In this document: positions 1 to 12,274 of the stretch, piece after piece
Layout: each line of letters opens with the position of its first letter
Numbering within the stretch: position 1 is the stretch's first letter
Assembly: GCF_963921235.1 (NCBI RefSeq)
Contig: NC_086108.1
Location: 111,168,001-111,232,000, forward strand
From: Mobula hypostoma
Lineage: Eukaryota
DNA length: 64,000 nt
Direction: 5' to 3'
The notes under the pieces: model-generated
The model's input: only the letters and a program-made list of their open reading frames with translations
What the model was told of the DNA's origin: nothing
The model's database searches: none
Made by a program: the position numbers and the translations under genes

Positions 1-515
1 AGCTGGTATTTCGGGCAAAGACCCTTCACCAAGGACTGGAAAGGAAGGGGGAAGAAGCCCGAATAAGAAGCTGGAAGGATTGGGAGGATATGAGCTAGAA
101 GGTGATAGCTGAGTGGGAAGGTGGGGTGGGGAATGGGGGCAAAATGAGAAGCTGGGAGGGGAAAGCTGGAAGAAACAAAGAACAGGAGAAGAAGGAGTCT
201 AATAGGAGAGGAGAGTAGACCATAGAGAAAAGGAAGGAGGAGGGACACCAGAGGGAGGTGATGGTCAGGTGAGGAGAAGAGAAGAGCTGAGCGGGGAGCT
301 AGAGAAAGACATAGAAGAAAAGAGAAGGGGGAGAAGAGATTAGCAGAAGTTCATGCCATCAGGTTGGAGGCCACCCAGATGGAATATAAGGTGTTGCTCC
401 TCCGACCTCATTGTGGCAGTGGATGAGGCCATGGACTGGCATGTTGGATTGTGAATGGAGATTGGAATTATAAAGGTTGGCTATCGGGAAATCCAACTTT
501 TTGCGGATGGAGCAA
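1..515 (-). mobile_element. Degenerate Penelope-like element 3' end/pLTR
   Basis: Purine-rich tract and GIY-YIG C-terminal sequence resembling the reverse complement of 26040-26280; decayed hammerhead-like motif at 1-40. Confidence 0.6.
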
Positions 516-3500
516 ACATTTCTTTAATATGTTTACATGTATGAACGCGTACTAACACAGGTAGCCTCTAGATGGCAGCATTAGTCAATAGAAACCCATA
601 ACATTCCTAGCCACTGGCAAGGTGCTGAAGGGCTGGAGGAGGGTTAATGTTGTTCCATCATTCAGAATCGGAATCAGGTTTAATATCATTGGCATACGTC
701 GTGAAATTTGCTGTTATGTGACAGGACTACATTGTAATACAAAACAATAAAATCTAAATTACAGTAAGAAGTACATATATATATGTTTGTATGCATGAAT
801 GTACATTATGAATGTATTATGAATACATATATATAAATTACGTTCGTAGTGCAAAGACAGAAGAAAATAAAAGTAGTGAGGTAGTGTTCATGGGTTCAAT
901 GTCCATTCAGAAATGATGTAGAAGGGAAGAAGCTGTCCTGAATCACTGAGTGTGTGTCTCCAGGCTTCTGTACCTCCTCCCAACATCATGGACATTTCCA
1001 AAAGGCAAAGTCTCAAAGAGGCAGCGTCTATCATTAAGCACGCCCATCACCCAGGACTTACCCTTTTCTCATTGCTATCCTCAGGGAGGAGGTACAGGAG
1101 CCTGAAGACACATACTCAGTGATTCAGGAACAGCTTCATCCCCTCCGCCATCAGATTTATGAACAGACTTTGAACTCATGTACACCACCTCAGTAGTTTT
1201 TAGTTTGCTCTCTTTCTGCACTTTTTAAAAAATTTTATTTTCTTTTTTATATGTACTTTTTATGGTAACTTTTAGTTTTAAAATTACTATTATGTATTGC
1301 AATGTACTGCAGCTGCAAAACAACAAATTTCACAGCATATGCCGGTGATATTAACCTGATTCTGATTCAGACAGTGAACAGAGATCAGCTTCAGATTCAA
1401 ATGTATTCATCACGTGTACATCGAAACATACCGTGAAACGTAACATTTGCGTTAACAACCAACACAACCGGAGGGTGTGCTGGGAACAGCCCACAAGTGT
1501 CACCACACATTCCAGCACCAACATAGCACACCCACAATGCTCGGCAGAACCACGTAAACAACAACAAAAAATCCAAACAACGGCAAAACTTGCTCCTTTC
1601 CCATCCCACCTACACACCTACTCTAAACATTCAAAGTACATTTATTATCAAACTACAAATACCTCATTTTCTGAGATTCATTTTCTTGTGGGCATTCACC
1701 ATAAATACAAAGAAACAGATATAACATGCAAAATAATCATAATAAATAAATAAGGAATAAAATACGAAAACATGAGATGAAAATTGAGTCTACAGGTTGT
1801 GGAAGCAGTTCCATGATGGGGTCAGTGAAGTTATCCCTCTGGATCAAAGCCCTGATGATTGAGGGGTAATAACTGTTCCTGCCCTCTGTCATACAATGTT
1901 CCCCAGCATAACATCAACGAGGATCTCACATGGTCCGTACATATCAGCTATGTGGTGAAAAAGGCACATTTTCTCAGACGGTTGAAGAAGTTTAGTATGC
2001 CCCGACCCCCAGATCCTAAGAACTTTCTACAGGGGCACAATTGAGGGCATCCTAACCAGCTGCATCACTGTCTGGTATGGGAACTGTACCTCCCTCAATC
2101 ACAGGTCTCTGCAGAGAGTGGTGCAGACAGCCCAGTGTTGCCGTGACTTCTTTGTAAAGGCCTTCTTGTAATTTTTCTTTGTAATGTTGTATGCTATAGT
2201 AGTAGTAGGAGGCAGCCGTCGATCCCAGGGGATGATGGGTTTGCGCCTCTCGTGGACTGTGTCTTCTCCAGGGTGCAGGCCTGCACGGGAAGATTTGAAG
2301 AACCGGCTGTTGTCCATGCAGCGGGTTCCCCCTCTCCACGTCACTGATATAGTCCAAGGGAAGGGCAAGCACCAATACAGCTTGGCACCAGTGTCGTCAC
2401 AGAGGTTGCCAGAGTGCAGTTATATTAGATTATGAGGACACTCAGTCCTCGTCTGTTGTCAATTAGAAATGCATGCATGCATTAAGAAATGATACAATGT
2501 TGCTCCAGAGTGATATCACAGAAAAAACAGGACAAACCAAAGACTAACACTGACAAGACCACATAATTATAACATATAGTTACAGCAGTGCAAAGCTATA
2601 CCATAATCTGATAAAGAACAGACCATGGGAACAGTAAAAAAAGTCTCAAAGTTCTGATCGACTCTCGATAGTCCCTGATAGCAGGCGGCAGAAGGGAGAA
2701 ACTCTCTCTGCCATAAACCTCCAGGCACCGACAACTGTCGATGCAGTGGAAGCACCCGACCACAGCCGACTCTGAGTCCGTCTGAAAACTTCGAGCCTCC
2801 GACCAGCCCTTCGACACGAAGCACCGAGCACCATCTCTGCCGAGCGCCTTCACCCTGTCCCGGCCGCCAAGCAACAAGCAAAGCTGAGGATTCAGGGCCT
2901 TCCCCTCCGGAGACTCAGGATCACACAGTAACAGCGGCAACGAAAAAGGCATTTCAGAAGTTTCTCCAGATGTTCCTCCGTTCTCTCACGTCTGTCTCCA
3001 TCAAATCAGAATTGTGCACGGCACCCTACTTGACAGACAACAGATATCATTCACCGGAGTGGCCACGCAAGCTGTGTCACGCCGCCATCTTCTTCTCCTC
3101 CTCCATCATCAACAACATCAAACTGCCTTAGGAACCCCGGCTCCAGAATTCTTCCTCGGTGTTTACTCCTGAACCTTTCCCATGGGTGGGTATGGCCGCA
3201 AGGTAGCAGAGGTTTAAAATCAGAGTTTTCCTTCTCCTAGATGGGCTGCCGGCTGCCGTCCAAGGCTAGCGAGCCCCATCTGCCCAAAGCAAATGGTTTT
3301 GAGGTGCAGTGGTCCGCCTTTGCCCCTTCTCCTGTCAGTAGAACCAGTTCCACCAGGTCTAGCAGCTAAGCCACATGTGAAGGACAAGGCTTGGTCTTGG
3401 TTGTCAGAGGCTGTTAGAGACGCGTGTCATTGGAGCCCTTTATATGCAGTGGGAGCTTACCCCCCTACCACCCCCTTAGGAACCTGTATGCTATGCAAGT

Positions 3501-3552
3501 CTATATTATTGTATGAGACATTACCTCAGATGCAGTTTTGTTTTTATTCAAG

Positions 3553-3691
3553 GTAATTGCCTTTCACTTTAACGATAGCAATTGGAAGCAATATGACTGG
3601 TGGAAGATCACAACAATTGTAGTCACTGTACACACTGAACTGGAGGCTATCTGTACTGCTCATGCAAATAACGCTCGAATTGTCTTGAAAG
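3553..3691 (+). CDS. CTBS-like paralog exon 2 equivalent
   Basis: ttcaag|VIAFHFNDSNWKQYDWWKITTIVVTVHTELEAICTAHANNARIVLK-G|gtacag. Confidence 0.9.
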
Positions 3692-3774
3692 GTACAGTAA
3701 CTCATTTTAAATCAGCCGAGAGAATGAATAGTTTGTAATTACCATCTGTAGATCTAAATGGTCAATTACTGGGT

Positions 3775-4070
3775 ACCACTGGAGCGTAGCAGTTACCGTG
3801 ACACTGTTACATCTCGGGCTGTTGGAGTTCGCAGTTCAATGCCTTTCTAAGGAAGTTTGTACATTCTTCCCAAGGGTGACCGGGTTTCCTCTGGGTGATC
3901 CAGTTTCCTCCCCTAGTCCAAAGATCTGAAGCCTAGTAGGTTAATTGGTCGTTGTAAATTGTCCTGTGATTAGGCCGGTGAGAAATAAGTGGGAAGCTGG
4001 GCGACATGGCTTGTTGGGTCTGAACGGTTTGTTCCGTGCTGTATTGCTAAATAAAACAAATAAGCAGGTA
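3775..4070 (+). mobile_element. V-SINE (HE1-like)
   Basis: Core ggaagtttgtacattcttccc...gggtttcctctgggtgatccagtttcctccc...gtccaaag...ggttaattgg, with an A-rich tail. Confidence 0.65.
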
Positions 4071-5692
4071 AACAAGTAAACAAAAGAATAATGACAGGGT
4101 TTTCTGACACAGAAATACTATATGTCAGCCATTCAATGTCAACTAAAATGAATTTCACAAAGAGGACAGTGTCTGCACAACGCTGTTGTGGGCAGTGCAG
4201 TGGCCAAGGCAGGTTCCTATATTGCAGTGAAGGAGTGGGTGGAAAAGCAAATTCTGTCCAAATCTTCCATCCTGCTTCCCTAGTTGATAACAGTTCCATC
4301 CTGCAATGTCTTCAAGAGTTCAAGACCCACGAGGTAATGTTGCAACTCTATAAAACTACACTTGGAATATTGTGTTCAGTTCTGAATCAGAATCAGAATC
4401 AGTTTAATATCACTGGCTTATGTCATGGAATTTGTTGTGTAGCAGCTGCACATTGCAATAATAAATTACAATGAGAAATACAGTACATATATATCAAAAT
4501 AACTTCAATAAGTAGTGCAAAGAGGTAAAACAGAGAGCTTGTGTACATGAGTTCATTGTCCATTCAGTAATCACCTCAGGACAGGAAAAATGTGGAAGCT
4601 TTAGAGAGGATGCAGAGGAGACTTACCAGAATACTGCCTGAACAAGAGGAAATACCGCATGAGATTCAATCGAGTAATCTCTTTGCGATGATGGAAGATG
4701 AGAGGTGACTTGATAAAGTTCAAAGTACCTTTATTATCAAAGTATGTATACGTTATGCAACCATGAAGACACACAGTCAGTGAATCAGGAACAGCTTCGT
4801 CTCCTCTGCCATCCGATTTCTGAATGGACATTGAACCTGTGAACACTACCTCACTACATTTTTATTTCTATTCTTTGCCCTGTTTAGTTTAACTATTCTA
4901 TATACATACTCATTATCATTTAGTTTTTTTCTCTATTATTATGTATTGCATTGCACAAGTTACTGCAAAGTGAACAAATGTTATGACATATGCCAGTAAT
5001 GTTAAACCTGATTCTAATTCTGATTCAGAACAGGTAGCCCGGCACATACCTCCAGTCCTGACACTCTGACCTTTTCAATCTGGCCCGGCAGAAAATTGTC
5101 ATCCAACCATTGGCTCCAGCCATTTCGATACGCTCTGGGACCTGGACCCTGCCACCTCACTTCAGTCTGTACCCAACCTTTCTGATTCAGCCTGGTGCTT
5201 AAACCATTGTCCAAGCATTGGGTTCAGCTGCTTTGATATGCTCTGGGCCTTGGACCCACTGCTTCGATTCGGCCTGTACCCAACCCTTCCGATTTGGCCA
5301 GGTGCTTAAATCATTCGAACAAAACATTGGGTTCATTTGCCTCGATATGCTCTAGAGCCTGGTCCCCACTGCCTCAATTCGGCCATTACCCATCCTTTCC
5401 AATTTGACCTGGCGCTTAAATTGTTCCAACCTCAGGTCTTCCTTGTTCATGGGGAATGGCCCGCAGCCTCACCTCACCTTGATTCTGCCAAATCGAATTG
5501 CCTCCAAATGCAGAGGAAACTTACAGACGATCACTTGCCAGAAAAAAGAGTGATTAACATTTGTTTCGCTTGTTTTGTTAATCACCAGCCAGAAGTCGAT
5601 GAGATTCACCAGTGCCAAAGTGTACAAGATAATACAAGGTATAGATCGAGTGGACAGACAGAGACTTTTTCCCAGGGTGGAAATGGCTAATA

Positions 5693-6036
5693 TGAGGGGT
5701 GATTGATAAGTTCGTGGCCTAAGGCAGAAGGAGATGAGTTATTAACTTCAAACTTTCTGCATAATCACTCAAAGAGTTGAACTGCACGTGCATGTAATGA
5801 GAGCTGTATAACTCATCTCCTTCTACCTTAGGCCACGAACTTATCAATCAACCCTGCTGTGGACCACTTTCTGGAGGTCCAAAACGCCGACTTCTACAAA
5901 GAAGGGATCCGTATGCTCCACGACTGCTGGACTAAGTGTGTACATGTAGGAGGGGACTATGTTGAAAAAAAATGTGCTAGGTTTTCTAAAATTGACTCCT
6001 TCTACCTTAGGCCACGAACTTATCAATCACCCCTTG
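5693..6036 (+). mobile_element. Non-autonomous mariner element (TA TSD) with transposase C-terminal remnant
   Basis: TIRs gaggggtgattgataagttcgtggcctaagg / ccttaggccacgaacttatcaatcacccct flanked by TA; peptide FYKEGIRMLHDCWTKCVHVGGDYVEK; inserted in a CR1 fragment. Confidence 0.85.
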
Positions 6037-6502
6037 TAAAAGGGGGATAATTTTAAGGCGATTGGAAGAAAGTATAGGGGTGATGTCAGAATTTAATCCT
6101 TCAAACACAGAGTGGTGGGTGCATGCCAAGGGTGGTGGTAGAGGCAGGTACATTAGAGACATTTTAGAGACTCTTGGTTAGGACAATAATAATATAAAAT
6201 TAGACGGCTATGTAAGAGAGAAGGGTAAGATTGAATCATAATAGGTTCTATGTTCTGCAATACATTACCACGAATGGATGTGGAGGCCAAGTCATTGGGT
6301 GTATTTAACGCAAAGGTTGATGGGTTCTTGACTAGTAAGGATGTTAAAGGTTATCCATAATGCAATGGAGGAGTAGACTAATTGGGCTCAATAGCCTAAT
6401 TCTGCTCCAATGTCTTATGACCTTGCGATCTTCTATATAATGTGCCTTGTAACGTTCTGCACATCTGCTGTCTACACTGTGCTTTGTTTTACCCCTTATC
6501 AG

Positions 6503-6711
6503 GCAGATTATCAACATTCCTCTTGAAAAACAGAGCCTTTTGAAGAAATTGGATCGAATTCACTGCAGGCTTTATAAGATTCCTAAGTATGGATGGAATA
6601 TATTTGGAGCTCCTGGAAAGTTTTGCAAAAGGGTCTGCTCTGTATCGTGAAGTAACTGAGTTTGTTAAAGAAATTACCTCACATTTCCACCAAGAGCAAC
6701 CTGGATCTCAG
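6503..6711 (+). CDS. CTBS-like paralog exon 3 equivalent (premature TGA; DGIYLELL)
   Basis: atcag|RLSTFLLKNRAF*RNWIEFTAGFIRFLSMDGIYLELLESFAKGSALYREVTEFVKEITSHFHQEQPGSQ|gtaaaa. Confidence 0.88.
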
Positions 6712-6769
6712 GTAAAATGGCTGAAATTTCAAGCTTTGCATGATGGAAAATCTGTGCATGTACTTAGAG

Positions 6770-7292
6770 AACACTTTATTAGGTACACCTGTACACCTGC
6801 TCTTTAATGCAATTATCTAATAACCAATCATTGGACAGCAACTCCATGCACTGTTGTACAGACCAAACATCAGAACAGGGAAGAAATGTGACCTAAGTGA
6901 CTTTGACTGCGGGGTGTTTGTTGGTTCCAGACGGGGTGGTTTGAGCATGTCAGAATCCGCTGATCTCCTGGGGTTTCCATGCACAACAATTTCCAGAGTT
7001 TACAGAGAATGAAGCAAAAAACATTTTAAAAAATCATCCAGTGAGCGGCAGTTCGATGGGTGAAGACATCCTGTTAAGCCGAGAGGTCAGAGGAGAATGG
7101 CCAGACTGGTTCAAGTTAACAGGAAGGCGACTGTAACTCAGATAACCTCGCTTTACCACAGTTGTGTGCAAAACAGCATCTCTGAATGGACAACACGTTG
7201 AACCTCGAAGTGGATGGGCAGAAACCTATGAACATACACTCAGTAGATAGTTCATTGGGTACAGGAGGTATTCAATAATGTGGCCACGGAAA
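6770..7292 (+). mobile_element. Degenerate Tc1-family non-autonomous element
   Basis: cactttattaggtacacc terminal motif; Tc1 N-terminal HTH-like remnant GKKCDLSDFDCGVFVGSRRGGLSMSESADLLGF. Confidence 0.65.
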
Positions 7293-8364
7293 GTATGTGA
7301 AAAAAAAACAAGATTTTGGAGACACATGAAACAATAGAAGAACAAACAAGGAGAACAAGGGCGATGGATTTATGTAATTCATTGCCACAGACAGCTGTGC
7401 AGGCCAAGTCATTGGGTATAGTTTAAGTGGAGGTTTATAGGCTCCCAGAGAAGGCTGGAGAATGTGGTTGAGAGGGATAATAAATCTGCCAAAACTGAAG
7501 AGCACAGCAGACACGATGGGCCGAATGGTTGAACGCTGCACCTATGGAAAGAGTACAGAGAATATTTACAAGAATATTGCCAGGGCTTGATGAACTACAT
7601 TATAGGGAAAAGTCGAATAGGTTAGGGCTTTAGAACCGAGAATGAGTGGAGTAAGTAAAATTATGAGGGGTATAGATAGGGTAAATGATAAAAGGGTTTT
7701 GGCCCAAAACATCAACAGTTTATTCCCCTCTGTAGATGCTATCTTACCTGCTGAGTTCCTCCAGCAATCTGTGTGAATCACCATGGGCTCCTGCTATTTG
7801 TCATACAGTATACATCAATGGCTTAGATGAGGAAACAAAACATCAAAGTTCAAAATAAATTTATTATCAAAGAACATATTTGTCACCATGTCCAACCCTG
7901 AGATTCAATTTCTTATGGGCATATGCAGTAAATCCAAGCAACTTAATAGAACCAGTGAAAGATCACACTCAACAGGATGGACAAACGACCAGAGTGCAAA
8001 AGGCAACAAACTGCAAATACAAAAGAAGAAAAAAATAAATAAATAAGTGATAAATATTGAGAACATGAGATGGAGATTCCTTGACAGTGAGTTTACAGGT
8101 TGCGGGAACCTCTCAGTGAGGTTATCCACACTGGTTCAAGACCCTGATGGTTGGGTAATAACTGAGCCTGGTGGTACCTTCTTCTTGATGGCAGCTGCAA
8201 GAAGAGAGGACGCAATGGGAGTCCCTGATGATGAATGTTGCTTTCCTGTCACGGTGCTCCGTGCAGATGTTCTCATTGGTGGGAGGGCTTTACCCATGAT
8301 GGACTAGGATTGGTGTTTCCATACTAGGCCATGATGCAATCAATCACACATCTATAATACATCT

Positions 8365-8672
8365 GCACGTGGCCAAGCGGTTAAGGCATTGGACTAGTGA
8401 CCTGAAGGTTGTGAGTTCGAGCCCCAGCCGGGCAACGTGTTGTGTCCTTGAGCAAGGCATTTAATCACACATCGCTCTGCGACAACACCGGTGCCAAGCT
8501 GTATGGGTCCTAATGCCCTTCCCTTGGACAACATTGGTGTCGTGGAGAGGGGAGACTTGCAGCATGGGCAACTGCTAGTCTTCCATACAACCTTGCCCAG
8601 GCCTGCACCCTGGAGAGTGAAGACTTTTCAGGCACAGGTCCATGATCTCGCAAGACTAACGGATGTCTTTAC
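8365..8672 (+). mobile_element. tRNA-derived SINE
   Basis: A box TGGCCAAGCGG and B box GTTCGAGCC followed by a non-tRNA body (gtgttgtgtccttgagcaaggc...); sits inside a LINE remnant. Confidence 0.7.
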
Positions 8673-9091
8673 TCTCCACCACACATCAATAGAAGTTTTT
8701 TTTCCCTGTAGTTTTTTATGCCATGCCGAATATTTGCAAACTTCTAAGGAAGTAGGGGCACTGCCATGTTTTCTTCGTATTGACTTAGTTGCTGGTCCCG
8801 AATACTGTAGATTCCCTGACATTATGACACCAAGGAATTTAAAGTTGCTGACTCTCTCCACCTCTAATCCCCTATGAGGACAGGCTCATTGATCTTCAGT
8901 TTTCTCCTTCTGAAGTCAATAATCATTTTGCTGATTACTGATTTGATTTGATCCAAAACGATATATTTCATGGTTTGTTTCAATCTACAGGTGTCAAATA
9001 AAGCGAATCTTTAATCTTCTCCTGAATTACTGGAGACCCCCAGTGTAAATAATAATATGAGACTGATTTCTCATTGTTCTTTGGCCCTCAG

Positions 9092-9263
9092 ATCTCCTTT
9101 CACATACCTTGGTCTCCTCACTGCAAGAACGACCGATGTTATGACTTTTTAGCAATTTCACAAGCTTGTGACATTTTATTTGTGGCATCCTATGACATTC
9201 CAAATGACCTGTGGGATGGTTGTGTGGCAAGGTCAAGTGCTCCCTATCACCGGGTTTTGTCAG
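9092..9263 (+). CDS. CTBS-like paralog exon 4 equivalent
   Basis: ctcag|ISFHIPWSPHCKNDRCYDFLAISQACDILFVASYDIPNDLWDGCVARSSAPYHRVLS|gtaggt. Confidence 0.9.
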
Positions 9264-9508
9264 GTAGGTTCTATGAGACCCTCAGCCTCACCCTCTCACA
9301 AAGCTGACTGAGATCCAATTTAAAAACGCAAACACGAGGAAATCTGCAGATGCTGGAAATTCAAGCAACACACACAAAATGCTGGTGAACGCAGCAGGCC
9401 AGGTGGCATCTATAGGAAGAGGTACAGTCGAAGATGAAGCCACACTCAGGTTGGAGGAACATCACCTTATATTCCGTCTGGGTAGCCTCCAACTTGATGG
9501 CATGAACA

Positions 9509-11695
9509 AATGGTCGGAGGAGGCTTATGAGGCGCTCCAGGGTTGTTTTGAGGTGACAGACTGACAGGCACTCTGTGAGCCACATGGAGAGGATATTGAT
9601 GGGCTCACAGAGTGCATCACTGATTACATCAACTTCTGTGTGGACTGCAATGTTCCAACAAGAACTGTCCTTTGTTATTCAAATAACAAGCCATGGGTGA
9701 CAAAGGACATTAAGGACATCCTGAACACTAAAAAGAGGGCGTTTAGAGATGGAAATAGAGAGGAGCTGAGGGCAATACAGAGGGACCTGAAAGCCAGGAT
9801 CAGGGAGGCTAAAGACAGGTACAGGAGGAAGCTTGAGTGGAAACTCCAGCAGAACAACATGAGAGAGGTCTGGAGGGGGATGAGGACTATCACTGGGTTC
9901 CGGCAAACTAGCAACAGAGGAGCTGAAGGCAGTGTGGACAGGGCCAACGAACTTAACCTGTTCTTTAACAGATTTGACATTGTGGCCCCTGCCCATCCCC
10001 CACATGAGTCATCTGTTGTCGGCCCCTAACCAACACATATTCCACTCTCCCCTCCTACCCCTCCTCACAGTCCCCCACCCTGCTCTCATGACTATACCCC
10101 TTCCCCACATGAAACCACCACGGTGGGCTTCACAGCTGAACAGGTGAGAAGACAGCTGAAACATCTCAACCCAAGCAAGGCTGCAGGCCCGGATGGTGTC
10201 AGCACCAGGGTGCTCAAAGCCTGTGCCCCTCAGCTGTGTGGAGTACTTCACCATGTATTCAACCTGAGCCTGAGGCTCTGAAGGGTTCCTGTACTGTGGA
10301 AGACGTCCTGCCTCGTCCCTGTGCCGAAGACGCCACGCCCCAGCGGCCTCAATGACTACAGACCGGTGGCATTGACCTCCCACATCATGAAGACCCTGGA
10401 GAGACTTGCTCTGGAGCTGCTCTGGCCTATGGTCAGGCCACACTTAGATCCCCTCCAGTTCGCCTACCAGCCCCGACTAGGAGTTGAAGATGCCATTGTC
10501 TACCTGCTGAACCATATCTACGCCCACCTGGACAGGCCGACGAGCACTGTGAGGGTCATGTTTTTTGCCTTCTCCAGTGCGTTCAACACCATCCGCCCTG
10601 CTCTGCTGGGGGAGAAGCTGACAGCGATGCAGGTGGATGCTTTCCTGGTGTCATGGATTCTTCATTACCTGACTGGTAGACCACAGTACGTGTGCTTGCA
10701 ACACTGTGTGTCCGACAGAGTGATCAGCAGCACTGGGGCTCCTCAGGGGACTGTCTTGTCTCCCTTTCTCTTCACCATTTACACCTCAGACTTCAACTAC
10801 TGCACAGAGTCTTGCCATCTTCAGAAGTTTTCTGATGACTCTGCCATAGTTGGATGCATCAGCAAGGGAGATGAGGCTGAGTACAGGGCTACGGTAGGAA
10901 ACTGTCACATGGTGTGAGCAGAATTATCTGCAGCTTAATGTGAAAAAGACTAAGGAGCTGGTGGTAGACCTGAGGAGGGCTAAGGCACCGGTGACCCCTG
11001 TTTCCATCCAGGGGGTCAGTGTGGACATGGTGGAGGATTACAGATACCTGGGGATACGAATTGACAATAAACTGGACTGGTCAAAGAACACTGAGGCTGT
11101 CTACAAGAAGGGTCAGAGCCGTCTCTATTTCCTGAGGAGACTGAGGTCCTTTAACATCTGCCGGATGATGCTGAGGATGTTCTACGAGTCTGTGGTGGCC
11201 AGCGCTATCATGTTTGCTGTTGTGTGCTGGGGCAGCAGACTGAGGGTAGCAGACACCAACAGAATCAACAAACTCATTCATAAGGCTAGTGATGTTGTGG
11301 GGATGGAACAGGACTCTCTGACGGTGGTGTCTGAAAAGAGGATGCTGTCCAAGTTGCATGCTATCTTGGACAATGTCTCCCATCCACTACATAATGTACT
11401 GGTTGGGCACAGGAGTACATTCAGCCAGAGACTCATTCCACCGAGATGCAGCACAGAGCGTCATAGGAAGTCATTCCTGCCTGTGGCCATCAAACTTTAC
11501 AACTCCTCCCTTGGAGGGTCAGACACCCTGAGCCAATAGGCTGGTCCTGGAATTATTTCCTGGCATAATTTACATATTATTATTTAATTATTTATGGTTT
11601 TATATTGCTATTTTTATACTCTATTCTTGGTTGGTGCAACTGTAACGAAACCCAATTTCCCTCGGGATCAATAAAGTATGACTATGACTATGACT
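9509..11695 (+). mobile_element. Rex1/Babar-clade LINE, 5'-truncated, lightly mutated
   Basis: RT motifs DYRPVALTSHIMKTLERL, DPLQFAY, GAPQGTVLSPFLF and KFSDD; AATAAA + (TATGAC)n tail; ATGAACA duplicated on both sides. Confidence 0.9.
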
Positions 11696-12025
11696 ATGAA
11701 CATTGACTTCTCAAACTTCCGCTAATGCCCCTCCTCCCCTTCTTAACCCATCCCTTATTTATTTATTATCCCCCTTTTTTTCTCTCTCTGTCCCTCTCAC
11801 AATAACTCCCTGCCTGCTCTCCATCTTCCTCTGGGTTCCCCTCCCCCTTTCTTTCTCCCTTGGCCTCCCGTCCCATGATTTTCTCCCTTCTCCAGCCTGT
11901 ATCCCTTTTGCCAATCAACTGTCCAGCTCTTGGCTCCATCCCTCCCCCTCCTGTCTTCTCCTATCATTTTGGATCTCCCCCTCCCCCTCGCACTTTCAAA
12001 TCTCTTACTATCTCTTCCTTCAGTT

Positions 12026-12061
12026 AGTCCTGACGAAGGGTCTCGGCCCGAAATGTCGACT
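12026..12061 (+). ncRNA. Minimal hammerhead ribozyme motif (Penelope-associated; stem III C->T)
   Basis: AGTC-CTGACGA-A-GGG(TCTCGG)CCC-GAAA-TG-TC-GACT. Confidence 0.6.
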
Positions 12062-12155
12062 GTACCTCTTCCAATAGATGCTGCCTGGCCTGCTGCGTTC
12101 ACCAGCATTTTGTGTGTGTTGCTTGAGATCCAATTTATTCAATTTGTCCTTTCAG

Positions 12156-12253
12156 GAATGTCGGATTATATCAGACTGGGCATTGACTCCAGAAAGCTGG
12201 TGATGGGTGTCGCTTGGTATGGTTATGACTACACCTGCAAGAGCTTTCTTGGG
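12156..12253 (+). CDS. CTBS-like paralog exon 5 equivalent
   Basis: ttcag|MSDYIRLGIDSRKLVMGVAWYGYDYTCKSFLG|gtaaaa. Confidence 0.9.
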
Positions 12254-12274
12254 GTAAAATGCTGATATTATCTA

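Larger units (their letters stand above)
9326..12126 (+). mobile_element. Penelope-like 3' fragment with inverted pLTR, split by a Rex1 insertion (PLE parts 9326-9508 and 11696-12126)
   Basis: 9360-9430 is the reverse complement of 12055-12126; DEATLRLEEHHLIFRLGSLQLDGMN matches the PLE C-terminus at about 26090-26165. Confidence 0.8.
3553..12253 (+). pseudogene. Divergent CTBS paralog (exons 2-5), catalytically altered, with one in-frame TGA; exon 1 probably upstream of the window, exons 6-7 not found
   Basis: Exons 3553-3691, 6503-6711, 9092-9263 and 12156-12253 have the same lengths (139/209/172/98) and phases as CTBS, with AG/GT boundaries. TGA at 6541-6543; DGIYLELL replaces DGINLDLE. 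Confidence 0.85.

Noticed and set aside
6541..6543. Selenocysteine or read-through TGA in the paralog
   Set aside because: It aligns to Arg, not Cys, and no SECIS is identifiable; CGA->TGA is the simpler explanation.
8365..8430. Functional tRNA gene
   Set aside because: A and B boxes are present, but I see no clean cloverleaf or T-run terminator, and it continues into a SINE body.
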